64,000 nucleotides of DNA from an uncultured delta proteobacterium (GTDB lineage: Bacteria > Desulfobacterota > Desulfuromonadia > Geobacterales > DSM-12255), in the NCBI GenBank assembly GCA_963787125.1, contig CAWBBV010000007.1, forward strand, positions 384,001-448,000. The letters are read 5' to 3'. Position numbers and translations under genes: made by a program. Of the stretch, positions 31,104-41,175 are shown piece by piece; the first letter of the stretch is position 1, and every line of letters begins with the position of its first letter. Below the pieces are notes generated by a model. It searched no databases. It was not told the DNA's origin and worked only from the letters and a program-made list of their open reading frames with translations.

Positions 31104-32147
31104 ATGTCCATAGCAACAAAGAAAACCATAGCAGTCGCCATGAGCGGTGGTGTTGACTCCTCGGTTACGGCGGCGCTTCTAAAAGCTGCCGGGCATAATG
31201 TTTTCGGCATCACGATGCGTCTCTGGGAAGGGGCCAGCGCTGCCGTGGCTGATGCCGAACGGGTTGCTGCCCACCTCGGGATCGAGCATCACGTCGCTTC
31301 TTTCGAGGCCTGTTTTGACAGTCAAATAATGGGTTATTTTGCGGCTGAATATGTTTCCGGCAGGACACCGAACCCCTGCGCGCGCTGCAATCAGCTGATA
31401 AAGTTCGGGGCGCTCTTGGCCAGGGCGAAAGAGCTGGGGGCGGAACAGTTGGCCACCGGCCACTATGCCCGGATTGCGCTTGGAGATGATGGCGGCTTTC
31501 ATCTGCTCAAAGCGGTCAATATCCCCAAAGATCAGTCATATTTTCTCTTTTCCTTGCAACGACAGCAGCTTGAACAGATACTTTTCCCCCTTGGCGACAT
31601 GGTCGACAAGCGCGACGTGCGTCGACTGGCTGCCGAAATGGGGATCACGGTTGCCGAAAAGAGCGACAGCCAGGATATCTGTTTCATTCCTGATGGTGAC
31701 TATGCGGCGTTCCTGGCAAGACGCGGAGTTGAATCGCTGCCCGGTGATTTCATCCTGGGAGACGGGACGGTTGTCGGTCGTCACAAAGGGATTCACTGCT
31801 ATACAGTCGGCCAGCGTCGCGGCATGGGTATCGCCTGGAGCGAGCCGCTGTATGTCGTCAGGATCGACCCGGCCGCTAACAGCGTGGTCGTTGGCGTTGA
31901 GGCGGAGTTGTACCGGACATCGCTGACCATAAGCCGCTGCAATTGGCTGCAGCCGCAAGCAGTGGAGGCAGGGGAGCTGCAGTGCAAGCTGCGCTATCGT
32001 CACAAACAGGCATCCTGTCAGGTAACAGTTCTGGCAGGAGACCGGGCGGAAATCCGTTTTCAAGCGGCGGAAAAAGGGGTGACGCCGGGACAGGTAGCGG
32101 TGCTGTATCGCGGTGATGAGGTGATTGGTGGAGGTTGGATAGACTGA
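31104..32147 (+). CDS. mnmA: tRNA 2-thiouridylase
   Basis: AMSGGVDSS PP-loop, TPNPCARCN, ATGHYA, KDQSYFL, SQDICF, YTVGQRRG and TPGQ. Confidence 0.96.
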   Translation: MSIATKKTIAVAMSGGVDSSVTAALLKAAGHNVFGITMRLWEGASAAVADAERVAAHLGIEHHVASFEACFDSQIMGYFAAEYVSGRTPNPCARCNQLIKFGALLARAKELGAEQLATGHYARIALGDDGGFHLLKAVNIPKDQSYFLFSLQRQQLEQILFPLGDMVDKRDVRRLAAEMGITVAEKSDSQDICFIPDGDYAAFLARRGVESLPGDFILGDGTVVGRHKGIHCYTVGQRRGMGIAWSEPLYVVRIDPAANSVVVGVEAELYRTSLTISRCNWLQPQAVEAGELQCKLRYRHKQASCQVTVLAGDRAEIRFQAAEKGVTPGQVAVLYRGDEVIGGGWID

Positions 32148-33460
32148 TGAAGAAAGTTGCCATTACTACCCTTGGCTGTAAAACCAACCAGTTTGAATCC
32201 GCGGCCATGGGCGAATCTCTGACTAAAACCGGCTACGAAACGGTACCTTTCAACGCGGTCGCTGATATCTATATCATTAATACCTGTTCGGTGACGGCAA
32301 AGAGTGATGCGGAATCGAGACGGCTGATCAGGCGCGCAGCCAGGCTCAATCCGGCTTCACAAATAGTGGTGACAGGTTGTTACGCCCAGCTGGCAGCGGC
32401 GGAGATCGCCGACCTGCCGAATGTCTCCCTTGTTCTGGGAAACAGTGAGAAAAAGGGATTGGCCTCTTTGCTGGCGGACCTTGACAGCAAAACAAAAATC
32501 CGGGTTGCCGATATCGGCATGGTGACGGCGGCTGAAGGGTTGCATCTGGAGAGCTTTGCCGAGCATACCCGGGCATTTTTGCAGGTGCAGAATGGTTGTG
32601 ATGCCTTCTGCTCCTACTGCATTGTCCCCTATGCCCGGGGGAGGAGCCGGAGCGTCCCCTTTGACGAGGTGCTGGAAGGTGCTCGAAAATCGGCGTCAGC
32701 CGGTTTTGGTGAAGTAGTCCTTACCGGTATCCATCTTGGCGCCTACGGGCTCGATCTGGAGCCAAAGAGGGGTCTTCTTGAGCTGATCCAGAGTATCGCT
32801 GCTGATGGTATGGTCAGGCGGTTGCGGGTCGGCTCTGTCGAGCCGAACGAAGTGACAGCGGAATTCATCTCTTTTATGGCAGGTTCGCACATTCTCTGTC
32901 CCCATCTGCACCTTCCGCTGCAGAGCGGCTCTGCCGGAGTACTGGCGGCAATGGGGCGCGGCTACGGCCCTGAGTTGATAGCTACGCTGGTCGGGCAGCT
33001 GGTTGCGGCAGTTCCCGATATCGCCGTCGGCTTTGACGTCATTGCCGGTTTCCCCGGCGAGAGCGCAGAAGATCATGCCGCCACTTGCCGGTTGATAGCG
33101 TCGTTGCCGATCGCTTATCTTCATGTTTTCCCCTATTCATCAAGGCCGGGGACCGCAGCAGCCCTGCTGCCGGGGCATCTGAATCCGGCCGTGGTGAAGC
33201 GCCGGTCAGAAGAGCTGCGCACGCTGGGTGATAAAAAGAGACTTGAATTTGCCGGGCGCTTTGTCGGCCGGGATCTGCAAGTGTTGATCCAGGGCGACGG
33301 CAACAGCGGCATTGCGAGGAATTATCTGACGGTAAGACTGGAAGGGCAGACGGCGCAAACTGGCGATGAGATGTCCGTCAGGATCAGCGGAGTCAATCCT
33401 GACGGGAGTTGTTCGGGTCTGCTCCCTGCCGGTAGCCGCACTGAGGGTGCAGCCATTTGA
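32147..33460 (+). CDS. mtaB: tRNA t6A37 methylthiotransferase (radical SAM)
   Basis: TLGCKTNQFES, INTCSVT, VTGCYAQ, QNGCDAFCSYC and HVFPYS.RPGT. Confidence 0.92.
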   Translation: MKKVAITTLGCKTNQFESAAMGESLTKTGYETVPFNAVADIYIINTCSVTAKSDAESRRLIRRAARLNPASQIVVTGCYAQLAAAEIADLPNVSLVLGNSEKKGLASLLADLDSKTKIRVADIGMVTAAEGLHLESFAEHTRAFLQVQNGCDAFCSYCIVPYARGRSRSVPFDEVLEGARKSASAGFGEVVLTGIHLGAYGLDLEPKRGLLELIQSIAADGMVRRLRVGSVEPNEVTAEFISFMAGSHILCPHLHLPLQSGSAGVLAAMGRGYGPELIATLVGQLVAAVPDIAVGFDVIAGFPGESAEDHAATCRLIASLPIAYLHVFPYSSRPGTAAALLPGHLNPAVVKRRSEELRTLGDKKRLEFAGRFVGRDLQVLIQGDGNSGIARNYLTVRLEGQTAQTGDEMSVRISGVNPDGSCSGLLPAGSRTEGAAI

Positions 33461-33695
33461 GCCCTGCCACCAGCTCAGGGGTCAACTGGATGCAGTCCGG
33501 ATTGATGCTGAAGCGGCGCTTGTAGACCTTGCATGTGCGGGTGACTACGTCTAGATAGCGGCATGGGGTCTGGGTGTAGAAGATGGTGCCGTTGTCGTTT
33601 TCAAACTTTTCAAAACAGCAGAAACCGCACTGGTTGCATTTTGCTTCCCACGCTTCATTCTCAACCGGTTTGTCTATAATATTGATTTTAGGCAT
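33393..33695 (-). CDS. CxxCxxCC cysteine-cluster protein (YcgN/YkgJ-like)
   Basis: WEAKCNQCGFCC.EK...CRYLD...C.VY..RF..NPDC...WL...CGY. Confidence 0.8.
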   Translation of the reverse strand: MPKINIIDKPVENEAWEAKCNQCGFCCFEKFENDNGTIFYTQTPCRYLDVVTRTCKVYKRRFSINPDCIQLTPELVAGLKWLHPQCGYRQGADPNNSRQD

Positions 33696-33701
33696 CTATA
33701 A

Positions 33702-33797
33702 TTACGTCCTCAAGCCGGGCAGTTCTGAACTGGCAGGCCATCCTTTCAGGGTTCTATCGTTTAAAATTGCTTCCAATCCGGTTTTTACACCAGGCAT
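33702..33797 (-). pseudogene. 31-codon ORF, possible N-terminal remnant of a DUF1343/NamZ-family gene
   Basis: AAGGAAGG RBS, then MPGVKTGLEAILNDRTLKGWPASSELPGLRT. VKTGLE..L....LKG matches the start I recall for DUF1343 proteins. Confidence 0.35.
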
Positions 33798-33810
33798 AAC
33801 CTTCCTTGAT

Positions 33811-34506
33811 TCAATCTGTTGCGGCACTTCTGCCGATCAATAGTTCAAATGTCCGGCCTTTTCGGGAAAGCTTTACCCTGTCCGGCAGGATCTCATCGAC
33901 TAAAACGCCATTGATAGTTGCTCCGGTGGCTGTTGGCTGCCCGTTGATAATTGCCAGTCTGTCAGCACTGTCCTTGTTCCAGGCGATTCCGGACAGTGTC
34001 AGTGTAGCGTCGCTTGCCACTGTTGCCAGCACAGGGGGGCTCTTCCTCGTGGGCGCTGTCTGCATAGGCTCGCCGGGAGGGGCTGCGCTGCCGGGTAACT
34101 CCAACGGCTCACTTTTAATGGAGACTTTAGCTCTTGGTGGCAACAGCTGCGGCGCAAGCTCTGTTTTCAGACTATTCACGGGGGCAGGTGTAACCGTAGC
34201 GGCTCTGTAATCGCTGCCGGTCGCCAAGGGTGATGGCGGCAAAGTCTGCACAGGGGCAGGCTGGGAAAATGCAGGTAATTCCCTGGGCCGCACAGCTTCT
34301 GTAACTGACGGTTTGCGCATCAGGGCAACAACCAGAATGACAATTATTAAAGCAGCGGCACTGCCGAAAAACCAGATCCAGCGACCGGCAATACCGCTTC
34401 CTGTTGACTGTTTGAGGATGTCACGGGAGACGTTGAGCGTCTTTTCCTCTTGAGAGGGAGACTTCTCATCTTCAAGCTTTTTCAAGGCTTTAAGGATCGA
34501 ACTCAT
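33811..34506 (-). CDS. GspB/ExeB-like protein
   Basis: MSSILKALKKLE start, one TM, Pro-rich linker, C-terminal LSGIAW...AIING...GATING..V.EI..DRV; downstream of exeA. Confidence 0.8.
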   Translation of the reverse strand: MSSILKALKKLEDEKSPSQEEKTLNVSRDILKQSTGSGIAGRWIWFFGSAAALIIVILVVALMRKPSVTEAVRPRELPAFSQPAPVQTLPPSPLATGSDYRAATVTPAPVNSLKTELAPQLLPPRAKVSIKSEPLELPGSAAPPGEPMQTAPTRKSPPVLATVASDATLTLSGIAWNKDSADRLAIINGQPTATGATINGVLVDEILPDRVKLSRKGRTFELLIGRSAATD

Positions 34507-35471
34507 GAATTACTCTCCGATTCCCTTGTGAGTTGAGCGGCTTTTCCGGAAACAGGTTTTCCTGGTCCAAGAAGGTGTAATGTTCCCAAAACAACAGCAG
34601 CCAAAAGCAAGGCGGCGAGGATGAATGCAAAAATCATTTTCCGCTGGGAGGGAGTTACTTTTCTGTTTCCCTGGAGTTCGCGGATTGCCGCGGCAGCAAG
34701 CTTGCCACTGATCTCTCCGGTGTCTTCAGTGTAGGCAGTCAGAAGGGCTCTGTCGCAGGCGACATTGATCAGTCTGGGGGAGCCTTTGGAGAAACCGTAA
34801 ATCGCTTTCAAGGCAGCATTTGAAAAGTTTATCCATCCGCCGCCGCCGGCAACTTTTATTCGGTGCCTGATATAGTTGCTGCTGTCTTCAAAATCCATCG
34901 GCAGGAGGTGAAACCTTACCCTTATCCGCTGGGCGAGCTGTCTGAGTTCCGGCTTTGCAAGCAGTTCCTGCAATTCGGGTTGACCGGCAAGAACAATCTG
35001 GATCAGCTTGTCCGATTCGGTCTCCAGGTTAGAGATCAGCCTGACCTGCTCAAGTACCTGCGGCGCCAGGTTCTGTGCTTCGTCAATGACCAGGACTACG
35101 GTTTTACCGGCACGGTTTTCAGCCAGAAGGAACCTGTTCAGCTCCTCAAGGAGGGCGCCGTTTTCCAGCCCTTCATGGAGGATGGCGAATTCCCTGTTGA
35201 TGTTTCTTAAGAGTTCTACTGCAGAGAGGCAGGGGTTGAGGATCAGGGCGCTTTTGTGGCTGCTGTCGTCAAACTGGCCAAGAATTGTCCGCAGGACGGT
35301 AGTCTTGCCGGTGCCGACTTCGCCGGTGAGTTCAATAAATCCGGCATGGTCTTTTATACCGTAAAGAAGGTGGGCAAAAGCCTCCTTGTGCTGTTTGCTC
35401 AAGTAAAGGAAGCGCGGGTTCGGAGTTATGTTGAACGGCTTTTCTCTGAAACCAAAATATTTACAGTACAT
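34503..35471 (-). CDS. ExeA/GspA-family AAA ATPase
   Basis: MY..YFGF.EKPF.ITPNPRFLY, GEVGTGKT, IDEAQNL, LAGQPEL, G.PRLIN..CDRALL and a C-terminal TM. Confidence 0.88.
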   Translation of the reverse strand: MYCKYFGFREKPFNITPNPRFLYLSKQHKEAFAHLLYGIKDHAGFIELTGEVGTGKTTVLRTILGQFDDSSHKSALILNPCLSAVELLRNINREFAILHEGLENGALLEELNRFLLAENRAGKTVVLVIDEAQNLAPQVLEQVRLISNLETESDKLIQIVLAGQPELQELLAKPELRQLAQRIRVRFHLLPMDFEDSSNYIRHRIKVAGGGGWINFSNAALKAIYGFSKGSPRLINVACDRALLTAYTEDTGEISGKLAAAAIRELQGNRKVTPSQRKMIFAFILAALLLAAVVLGTLHLLGPGKPVSGKAAQLTRESESNS

Positions 35472-35481
35472 GGAACTCCTG

Positions 35482-36903
35482 CTATTTAGCCGCTTGGCCT
35501 GCTGGTGGCATAGCCGGTTCAGCAGCAGTTCTTCCTTTTGTTATACTACTGAAAACATCAAGGCCTTTAAGCATCTCCAGTGACCGGGAAAGCTGGTAGT
35601 CATTGGCAGTTTCATCAACAGGCAAGGCCTTTTCAGCTGGTTTTTTGAGTGGTTGCTTCAGCTTGATTTCGGGCTTTACCGGTGCAACAGGTTGCTCTTT
35701 TTCGCCGACGGCTTTGAAGTGACCCTGAATGTCCTTTTCCCGGAGTTCGGGCAGCGGTTCTTCACCCGGTTTTGGTTTTTTGGAAAGATCCTGCTGGGCG
35801 ACAATGACATCAGGGGTGATCCCTTTTGCCTGTATCGAGCGGCCTTTCGGGGTGTAGTAACGCGCTGTGGTAATCTTTAGCCCATAGCCGTCGCGCAGCG
35901 GAATAACAGATTGTACCGAGCCTTTACCGTAGCTCTGGGTCCCCATGATTATGGCTCTGCCATTGTCCTGCAGTGCTCCGGCCAGAATCTCAGAAGCACT
36001 GGCGCTGCCGCCGTTGATGAGAACAACGATGGGATAATGAGGCTCTTTCACCCCTACTTTGGCAAAGTGGCTCATCTTGGCCGCAGGCAGTCGCCCTTTC
36101 ATGGTGACGATGGTGCCGTCATCCTTGCCTTCACCGATGAATCGGTCTGCGACCTGGGATGCAGTGTCCACCAGTCCCCCGGGGTTGTTCCGCAGGTCCA
36201 GCACCAGTCCCTTCAACCCCTCAGGATTTTCCGCATGGAGGTTTTTGAGGGCATTGATGAAATCTTCTCCCGTCCTCTCCTGGAACTGAATGATCCGGAT
36301 ATAGCCGTAGCCCGGGGCAAGCGTTCTGCTCCGCATGCTTTTGGTTTTGATGATGTCACGGACGAGAGGAAAGGCCAGGGAGCGCTTTTCACCTTCCCGG
36401 ATGATGTGGATGGTTACTTTGGTGCCTTTCTCTCCCCGCATCAGCGAGACGGATTTCTGAATGGAAAGACCATTGGTCGGAGTTGAGTCAATTTTCCAGA
36501 TGTGATCGTTGGGCTTTACGCCGGCACGCCAGGCTGGAGTGTCTTCTATGGGAGATATTACCGTCAGTTTGCCATCCTTGATATTGATCTCTATGCCGAG
36601 CCCGCCGAAAGAGCCGGCCATGTTGACTTTCATCTCCTTGTACGGCTCAGGAGTCATGAAGGCACTGTGCGGGTCGAGCTGCGAGAGCATGCCGTCAATA
36701 GCGCCCTGAATAAGCTTCTTGGAGTCGACTTCTTCGACATAACTCTTCTTGACTATGTCCATTACCTCTTTGACGAGTTTAAGCTGGTCTCGTTCAACGG
36801 ATACAGTCCTGTTGACCTTGAGTTCTTTGTAAAAACGGATTCCCATGGCAGTTACAAGTGCCAGGCAGATAATTGACAGGATAACTCTGATAATGATACG
36901 CAT
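35482..36903 (-). CDS. ctpA: Carboxyl-terminal processing protease (S41)
   Basis: LDPHS, PDZ GGLGIEI, LDLRNNPGG, SASASEILAGALQD, GKGSVQ and TTARYYTP. Confidence 0.93.
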   Translation of the reverse strand: MRIIIRVILSIICLALVTAMGIRFYKELKVNRTVSVERDQLKLVKEVMDIVKKSYVEEVDSKKLIQGAIDGMLSQLDPHSAFMTPEPYKEMKVNMAGSFGGLGIEINIKDGKLTVISPIEDTPAWRAGVKPNDHIWKIDSTPTNGLSIQKSVSLMRGEKGTKVTIHIIREGEKRSLAFPLVRDIIKTKSMRSRTLAPGYGYIRIIQFQERTGEDFINALKNLHAENPEGLKGLVLDLRNNPGGLVDTASQVADRFIGEGKDDGTIVTMKGRLPAAKMSHFAKVGVKEPHYPIVVLINGGSASASEILAGALQDNGRAIIMGTQSYGKGSVQSVIPLRDGYGLKITTARYYTPKGRSIQAKGITPDVIVAQQDLSKKPKPGEEPLPELREKDIQGHFKAVGEKEQPVAPVKPEIKLKQPLKKPAEKALPVDETANDYQLSRSLEMLKGLDVFSSITKGRTAAEPAMPPAGQAAK

Positions 36904-37099
36904 TAAGGCTCGACACTCCTGGAACAAGTTCTTTGCAATCCTGTAAATTACAGGTTTTGGCAGGCTGCTGTCAATGTTTATGCATGTAGCTGGCTAAGCG
37001 ACCCGGACTGAAATAGGTAGTTCCATATTGATTTTTTGGATAAAGCGCGCGTTTGCTGTTATCATTGCAGGAGTTCAGGCATGAAAAGGGGGCAAAGAG

Positions 37100-38404
37100 T
37101 TGAGTACGGTTATAATTGAGCTGCTGGTAATTGTAATCCTGATATTTGTGAACGGTTTTTTCGCCTGCGCAGAGTTTGCTGTCATCTCCATCCGCAAAAG
37201 CCGGGTCGCCCAGTTGGTAGCTGCCGGTGACAGCCGGGCCGGGATTATTGAGAGCTTGCAGAAAGACCCCCATAAGCTGCTGGCGGTAGCCCAGATCGGC
37301 ATGACAGTTGTCGGGGCGACTGCTTCAGCAATCGGTGGTGTGCTTGCGGTAGAGCACCTTAAACCGATCCTGCAGGGATCATCACTTGAGATTATCCGTA
37401 ACGCATCCGAGCCTCTTGCCGTCTCTTTTGTGGTTTTGATCCTCTCTTATTTTATTCTGGTAATAGGTGAGCTTGCCCCGAAAGCCATCGGTCTCCAGTA
37501 CGCTGATCCTGTGGCACTCTATTTTGCCCGACCACTTGATTTTATGGCACGTTTCGGAATGATTGTTGTCAGTCTACTCTCTCTTTCCAGTCGGGGGGTG
37601 CTGCGTATTTTCGGGATAAACGGCAGGGAACAGGGTTTCATCAGCCGCGAAGAGATTCAGCATATTGTTTCCGAAGGACATGAGGCCGGAGCCTTTACCG
37701 CTGCGGAGAACGAGTATATCAAGAATATTTTCGATTTTACCCATACAACGGTCAGAGAGGTCATGGTGCCGCGCACCAGGGTGGCGGCCATAGATCTCGA
37801 CCATTCAAAAGAGGCTATCTGCAAAACCATTCTGGATAACCAGTATTCAAGGTATCCGGTCTACCGGGAAGATATCGAGCAGGTTACCGGATTTATACAT
37901 GCAAAGGATTTTCTCGGCCAGATGGTCAAGTCGCCGGGTTTTGATGTCCAGTCAATAATCCGGCCGCCTTTTTATGTCCCGGAAGGGAAAAAGGTGAACG
38001 ATCTGCTGAAGGAGATGCAGCGTAAACGAGTCCACATCGCCCTTGTTATTGACGAGTATGGAGGCCTCAGCGGGATGGTTACCACAGAGGATCTGCTGGA
38101 AGAGCTGGTGGGAGAGATTGAGGATGAACATGATGTCGAGGAGCCGTTGCGGATTCAGCAGCTTGAAGGCAATAGCTGGCTGATCGACGCACTCCTTTCC
38201 GTCAGTGATATTGAAGATCTGCTGAATGTGTCGTTTGGTGACGACCCTCCCTTTGACACTGTTGCCGGCATGATCCTGCACAGCTTTGGCCGTTTCCCTG
38301 AAAAGGGTGAAGAAATTGAGTGGGGAGGGTACCGCTTCATTTGTGAGGAAGTGGCAAAGAATTCAATCATCAGGGTCAGAGTCGTGATGATTGCCGAGTC
38401 ATGA
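37100..38404 (+). CDS. Hemolysin/CorC (CNNM-CBS-CorC) family protein
   Basis: [31 protein letters not shown] and [24 protein letters not shown]. Confidence 0.9.
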   Translation: MSTVIIELLVIVILIFVNGFFACAEFAVISIRKSRVAQLVAAGDSRAGIIESLQKDPHKLLAVAQIGMTVVGATASAIGGVLAVEHLKPILQGSSLEIIRNASEPLAVSFVVLILSYFILVIGELAPKAIGLQYADPVALYFARPLDFMARFGMIVVSLLSLSSRGVLRIFGINGREQGFISREEIQHIVSEGHEAGAFTAAENEYIKNIFDFTHTTVREVMVPRTRVAAIDLDHSKEAICKTILDNQYSRYPVYREDIEQVTGFIHAKDFLGQMVKSPGFDVQSIIRPPFYVPEGKKVNDLLKEMQRKRVHIALVIDEYGGLSGMVTTEDLLEELVGEIEDEHDVEEPLRIQQLEGNSWLIDALLSVSDIEDLLNVSFGDDPPFDTVAGMILHSFGRFPEKGEEIEWGGYRFICEEVAKNSIIRVRVVMIAES

Positions 38405-39325
38405 CCGCTTTTTCTTGTTGCCGAACATTATTGAGGTGATCACCGAAATTGCCAGTACCCCGAAAATAACCCCGAGCGAAAAGTGAATCGGGATTTTGTA
38501 GGGGCTGTGAGCCAGCAGCATCTTTATTCCGACAAAAGCCAGGATAAACGATACCCCCAGCTTCAGATAAGAGAACATCCCCATGACATTTGCCAGTAGA
38601 TAATAGAGCGAACGCAATCCCATGATGGCAAAGGCGTTGGAAGTGTAAACGATCAGCGGGTCTCTGGTGACTGAAAGTACTGCCGGAATGGAATCGACCG
38701 CAAAGATGACATCACTGCTTTCGATGACAACAAGTGCTAAAAAAAGCGGGGTGGCGGCGGTGATGCCGTTGCGGCGGACAAAGAACTTGTCGCCGGATAT
38801 TCTTTTAGTTATGGGCATGAACCGCCTGACGAGCCGTACCGCAAAGTTTTTCTCAGGGTCGATCTCTTCCTCTTTTCCGAAAGCCATTTTAAGCCCGGTA
38901 ACGACGAGGATCCCGCCGAACAGGTAGATTGTCCAGCTGAAGCGCTGAATCAGGTCAATTCCGGCAAGAATGAAAACAGCTCGAAGGATAAGTGCGCCGA
39001 TAATCCCCCACTTGAGTATCTTTGGCTGGTGGCGTTTGCTGATTTTGAAATAGGAGAATATCATTATAAAGACAAAGAGATTGTCCACGGAAAGTGACTG
39101 CTCGATGACATAACCGGCAAGGAATTCAAGTGCTTTATCTTTCCCCAGTTCGATGAAGACCCCTGCATTGAAGGCCAGCGCTAACGAAACCCAGACGGCA
39201 GTCCAGGCGGATGCTTCACGGAAACTGATTTCATGGGTTTTACGGTTGAATACGCCCAGGTCGAGGATAAACATTATGCCGAGGGTCAGGGTGAATCCTG
39301 CCCAGAGTACGGCTTGATTGGTCAA
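38399..39325 (-). CDS. TerC/Alx family membrane protein
   Basis: EQSLSVDNLFVF, GALILRA, DVIFAVDSIPA and YTSNAFAIMGLRSLY. Confidence 0.92.
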   Translation of the reverse strand: MTNQAVLWAGFTLTLGIMFILDLGVFNRKTHEISFREASAWTAVWVSLALAFNAGVFIELGKDKALEFLAGYVIEQSLSVDNLFVFIMIFSYFKISKRHQPKILKWGIIGALILRAVFILAGIDLIQRFSWTIYLFGGILVVTGLKMAFGKEEEIDPEKNFAVRLVRRFMPITKRISGDKFFVRRNGITAATPLFLALVVIESSDVIFAVDSIPAVLSVTRDPLIVYTSNAFAIMGLRSLYYLLANVMGMFSYLKLGVSFILAFVGIKMLLAHSPYKIPIHFSLGVIFGVLAISVITSIMFGNKKKRS

Positions 39326-39451
39326 AGTGGATCTCCTCGAACGTAAGTTCCTGATGACGATAATTCTGCAGAGCGGGGGCAGAGTCTGGTTGCTTTTAAC
39401 TCTTTGAGCCCGTAAAATATACAGACAAATAGAATCTATGCAAGGCTGTTG

Positions 39452-40303
39452 ATGGCAGATAATTCCGTTGAAAAAAAATTCCTCTACCTGATTGTCTTCT
39501 CACTCCTTATTCATGCCGCCATGTTTGTTGTGCTGCTGAATATGCCGCAAGAGAAGAGATCTCCTCTCACCGAGCCGTTAATGGTTGATCTGGAAGGAAT
39601 TCCAACCCTTGCTCCGCCAAAAACAGCTCCACCTCCGGTAAAAAGGCAGTCTGAGGAGACGCAGCGGGTGGAACGAGAGATAGCACCAAAAGGTGATGAG
39701 TTCAAAGAGAAGCTCATGCCGGGTGGGCAGGCAATCATGAGGCCTGCGCCTACGTCTGCCGAGCCGAAAGGGGAGCCAAACGCTCCTGTTCCCACTCCTG
39801 CTGATTCTGCCGCTCGTGAAAAGTCGCCGCGGGACGAACTTTTTAGGAAACGCGGCAAACCGTCAACTCCGGACAGTGCCATGCTTTATCCCGGAGCAGC
39901 CAGAATGGCGAGCCTTGAAGAGAATTATCGGAAAAAGTATGGTCCGGAGGTAGCTGATGGTGAGACTCGTTTTCTAAATACCGATGATATCCAGTTCGGC
40001 TCATTTCTACGGCGCTTTGAAAACTCGATTTATGGTGTCTGGCGCTATCCAGCCGAAGCTGCAAAAATGGGAATAGAAGGGGTTACGCCGGTAAAGATCA
40101 CCTTCAATCGTCGTGGTGAAATAGTGGCTAAGGAGCTGTTGCAGAGTTCGGGCAGCAAAATCCTTGACAATGAGGTGCTGCGCACCCTTGATCAGGTCGG
40201 GCCGATAGGCAGTTTTCCCCAGGGGTATAAAAAGGAGACGTTTAACCTCATCGCTTTCTTTTATTACGGGATAAAGCAGGGGGCAAGCCGCTCGCTTCGC
40301 TGA
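39452..40303 (+). CDS. TonB family protein
   Basis: N-terminal TM with SLLIH, Pro-rich linker, C-terminal WRYP.EA...GIEG...SSG..ILD. Confidence 0.85.
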   Translation: MADNSVEKKFLYLIVFSLLIHAAMFVVLLNMPQEKRSPLTEPLMVDLEGIPTLAPPKTAPPPVKRQSEETQRVEREIAPKGDEFKEKLMPGGQAIMRPAPTSAEPKGEPNAPVPTPADSAAREKSPRDELFRKRGKPSTPDSAMLYPGAARMASLEENYRKKYGPEVADGETRFLNTDDIQFGSFLRRFENSIYGVWRYPAEAAKMGIEGVTPVKITFNRRGEIVAKELLQSSGSKILDNEVLRTLDQVGPIGSFPQGYKKETFNLIAFFYYGIKQGASRSLR

Positions 40304-40326
40304 GATGGAAAAGACTGGAGGAGACT

Positions 40327-41169
40327 GTGAGCTATTTTAGTAAAACAAAGGCAGTGTCAGTTTCGATGATGGTAACCCTTTTGGCCGGGTGCGGCAATTT
40401 CGAGTGGTTTCCGCAGAACAGCGCCTTCACTAATCATTCAACCGCTTCATCATCTGTAACACAGCCAGGAACTGTTATGCGGGAGTTACCTTTCCCCGCA
40501 ACAGTAAAATGGGTCAGCGATATCTCTTATGACAAGAGCAATGCGACATTCTGGCTGCTAGCCTGGACAGGGTTGGCGATACCCCCTAATGCCCCCAATG
40601 CTCTGGTCAAGATCAATGCGACGACCGGCGCCTACATAAGTAAGGTTGATGCGAGCAGTTGGCCGTTCACGATCCTTGACGGCAGCACACTTGCCTATGA
40701 CGGGTCATTCTTCTGGATTACCAGCAATGGCAGCAACAGCGGGGTAGTGGCAAGCGAAGTCTACCAGATCAGGTGGGATGGTTCGTATAGCAACACCTAT
40801 CCTTGCCTGTCTACCAGCACCGGGTTCTGCCGGGGGGTTGCGTTTGACGCGGCGACATCCTCGTACTGGACTGCCGGTTCTGACACTGCCAATCTGGTCA
40901 ATTATCAGGTTGCGGGCAGTACGTATTCATCCAGCGTCACGTATTCGAACAACCTTTATTCCGGCGCCAGTGACGTCGCTTTTGATTCCGCAACCAATGA
41001 GGTTTTTGTCGTTAATAACGGGATAGTAAGGGTAAATAAAAGCAGCGGAGCTTATCTCAGCAGCATCCCGTTTACTCTTCCCGGGACGGGGAGAGGGGAT
41101 TGGGATGGAACCTATCTCTGGGTGGTAGATAACAGCTCTAAGTCGATAAAGGCACTTTTTGTGAGATAA
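40327..41169 (+). CDS. Lipoprotein, probable beta-propeller, function unknown
   Basis: Lipobox LLAGC; blade-like repeats LAYDGSFFW, VAFDAATSSYW, VAFDSATNEVF and WDGTYLWVVD. Confidence 0.7.
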   Translation: MSYFSKTKAVSVSMMVTLLAGCGNFEWFPQNSAFTNHSTASSSVTQPGTVMRELPFPATVKWVSDISYDKSNATFWLLAWTGLAIPPNAPNALVKINATTGAYISKVDASSWPFTILDGSTLAYDGSFFWITSNGSNSGVVASEVYQIRWDGSYSNTYPCLSTSTGFCRGVAFDAATSSYWTAGSDTANLVNYQVAGSTYSSSVTYSNNLYSGASDVAFDSATNEVFVVNNGIVRVNKSSGAYLSSIPFTLPGTGRGDWDGTYLWVVDNSSKSIKALFVR

Positions 41170-41175
41170 ACCGGT

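Noticed and set aside
39326..39451. yybP-ykoY manganese riboswitch upstream of terC
   Set aside because: Short divergent intergenic region without the conserved GGGGAGTAG-type core.
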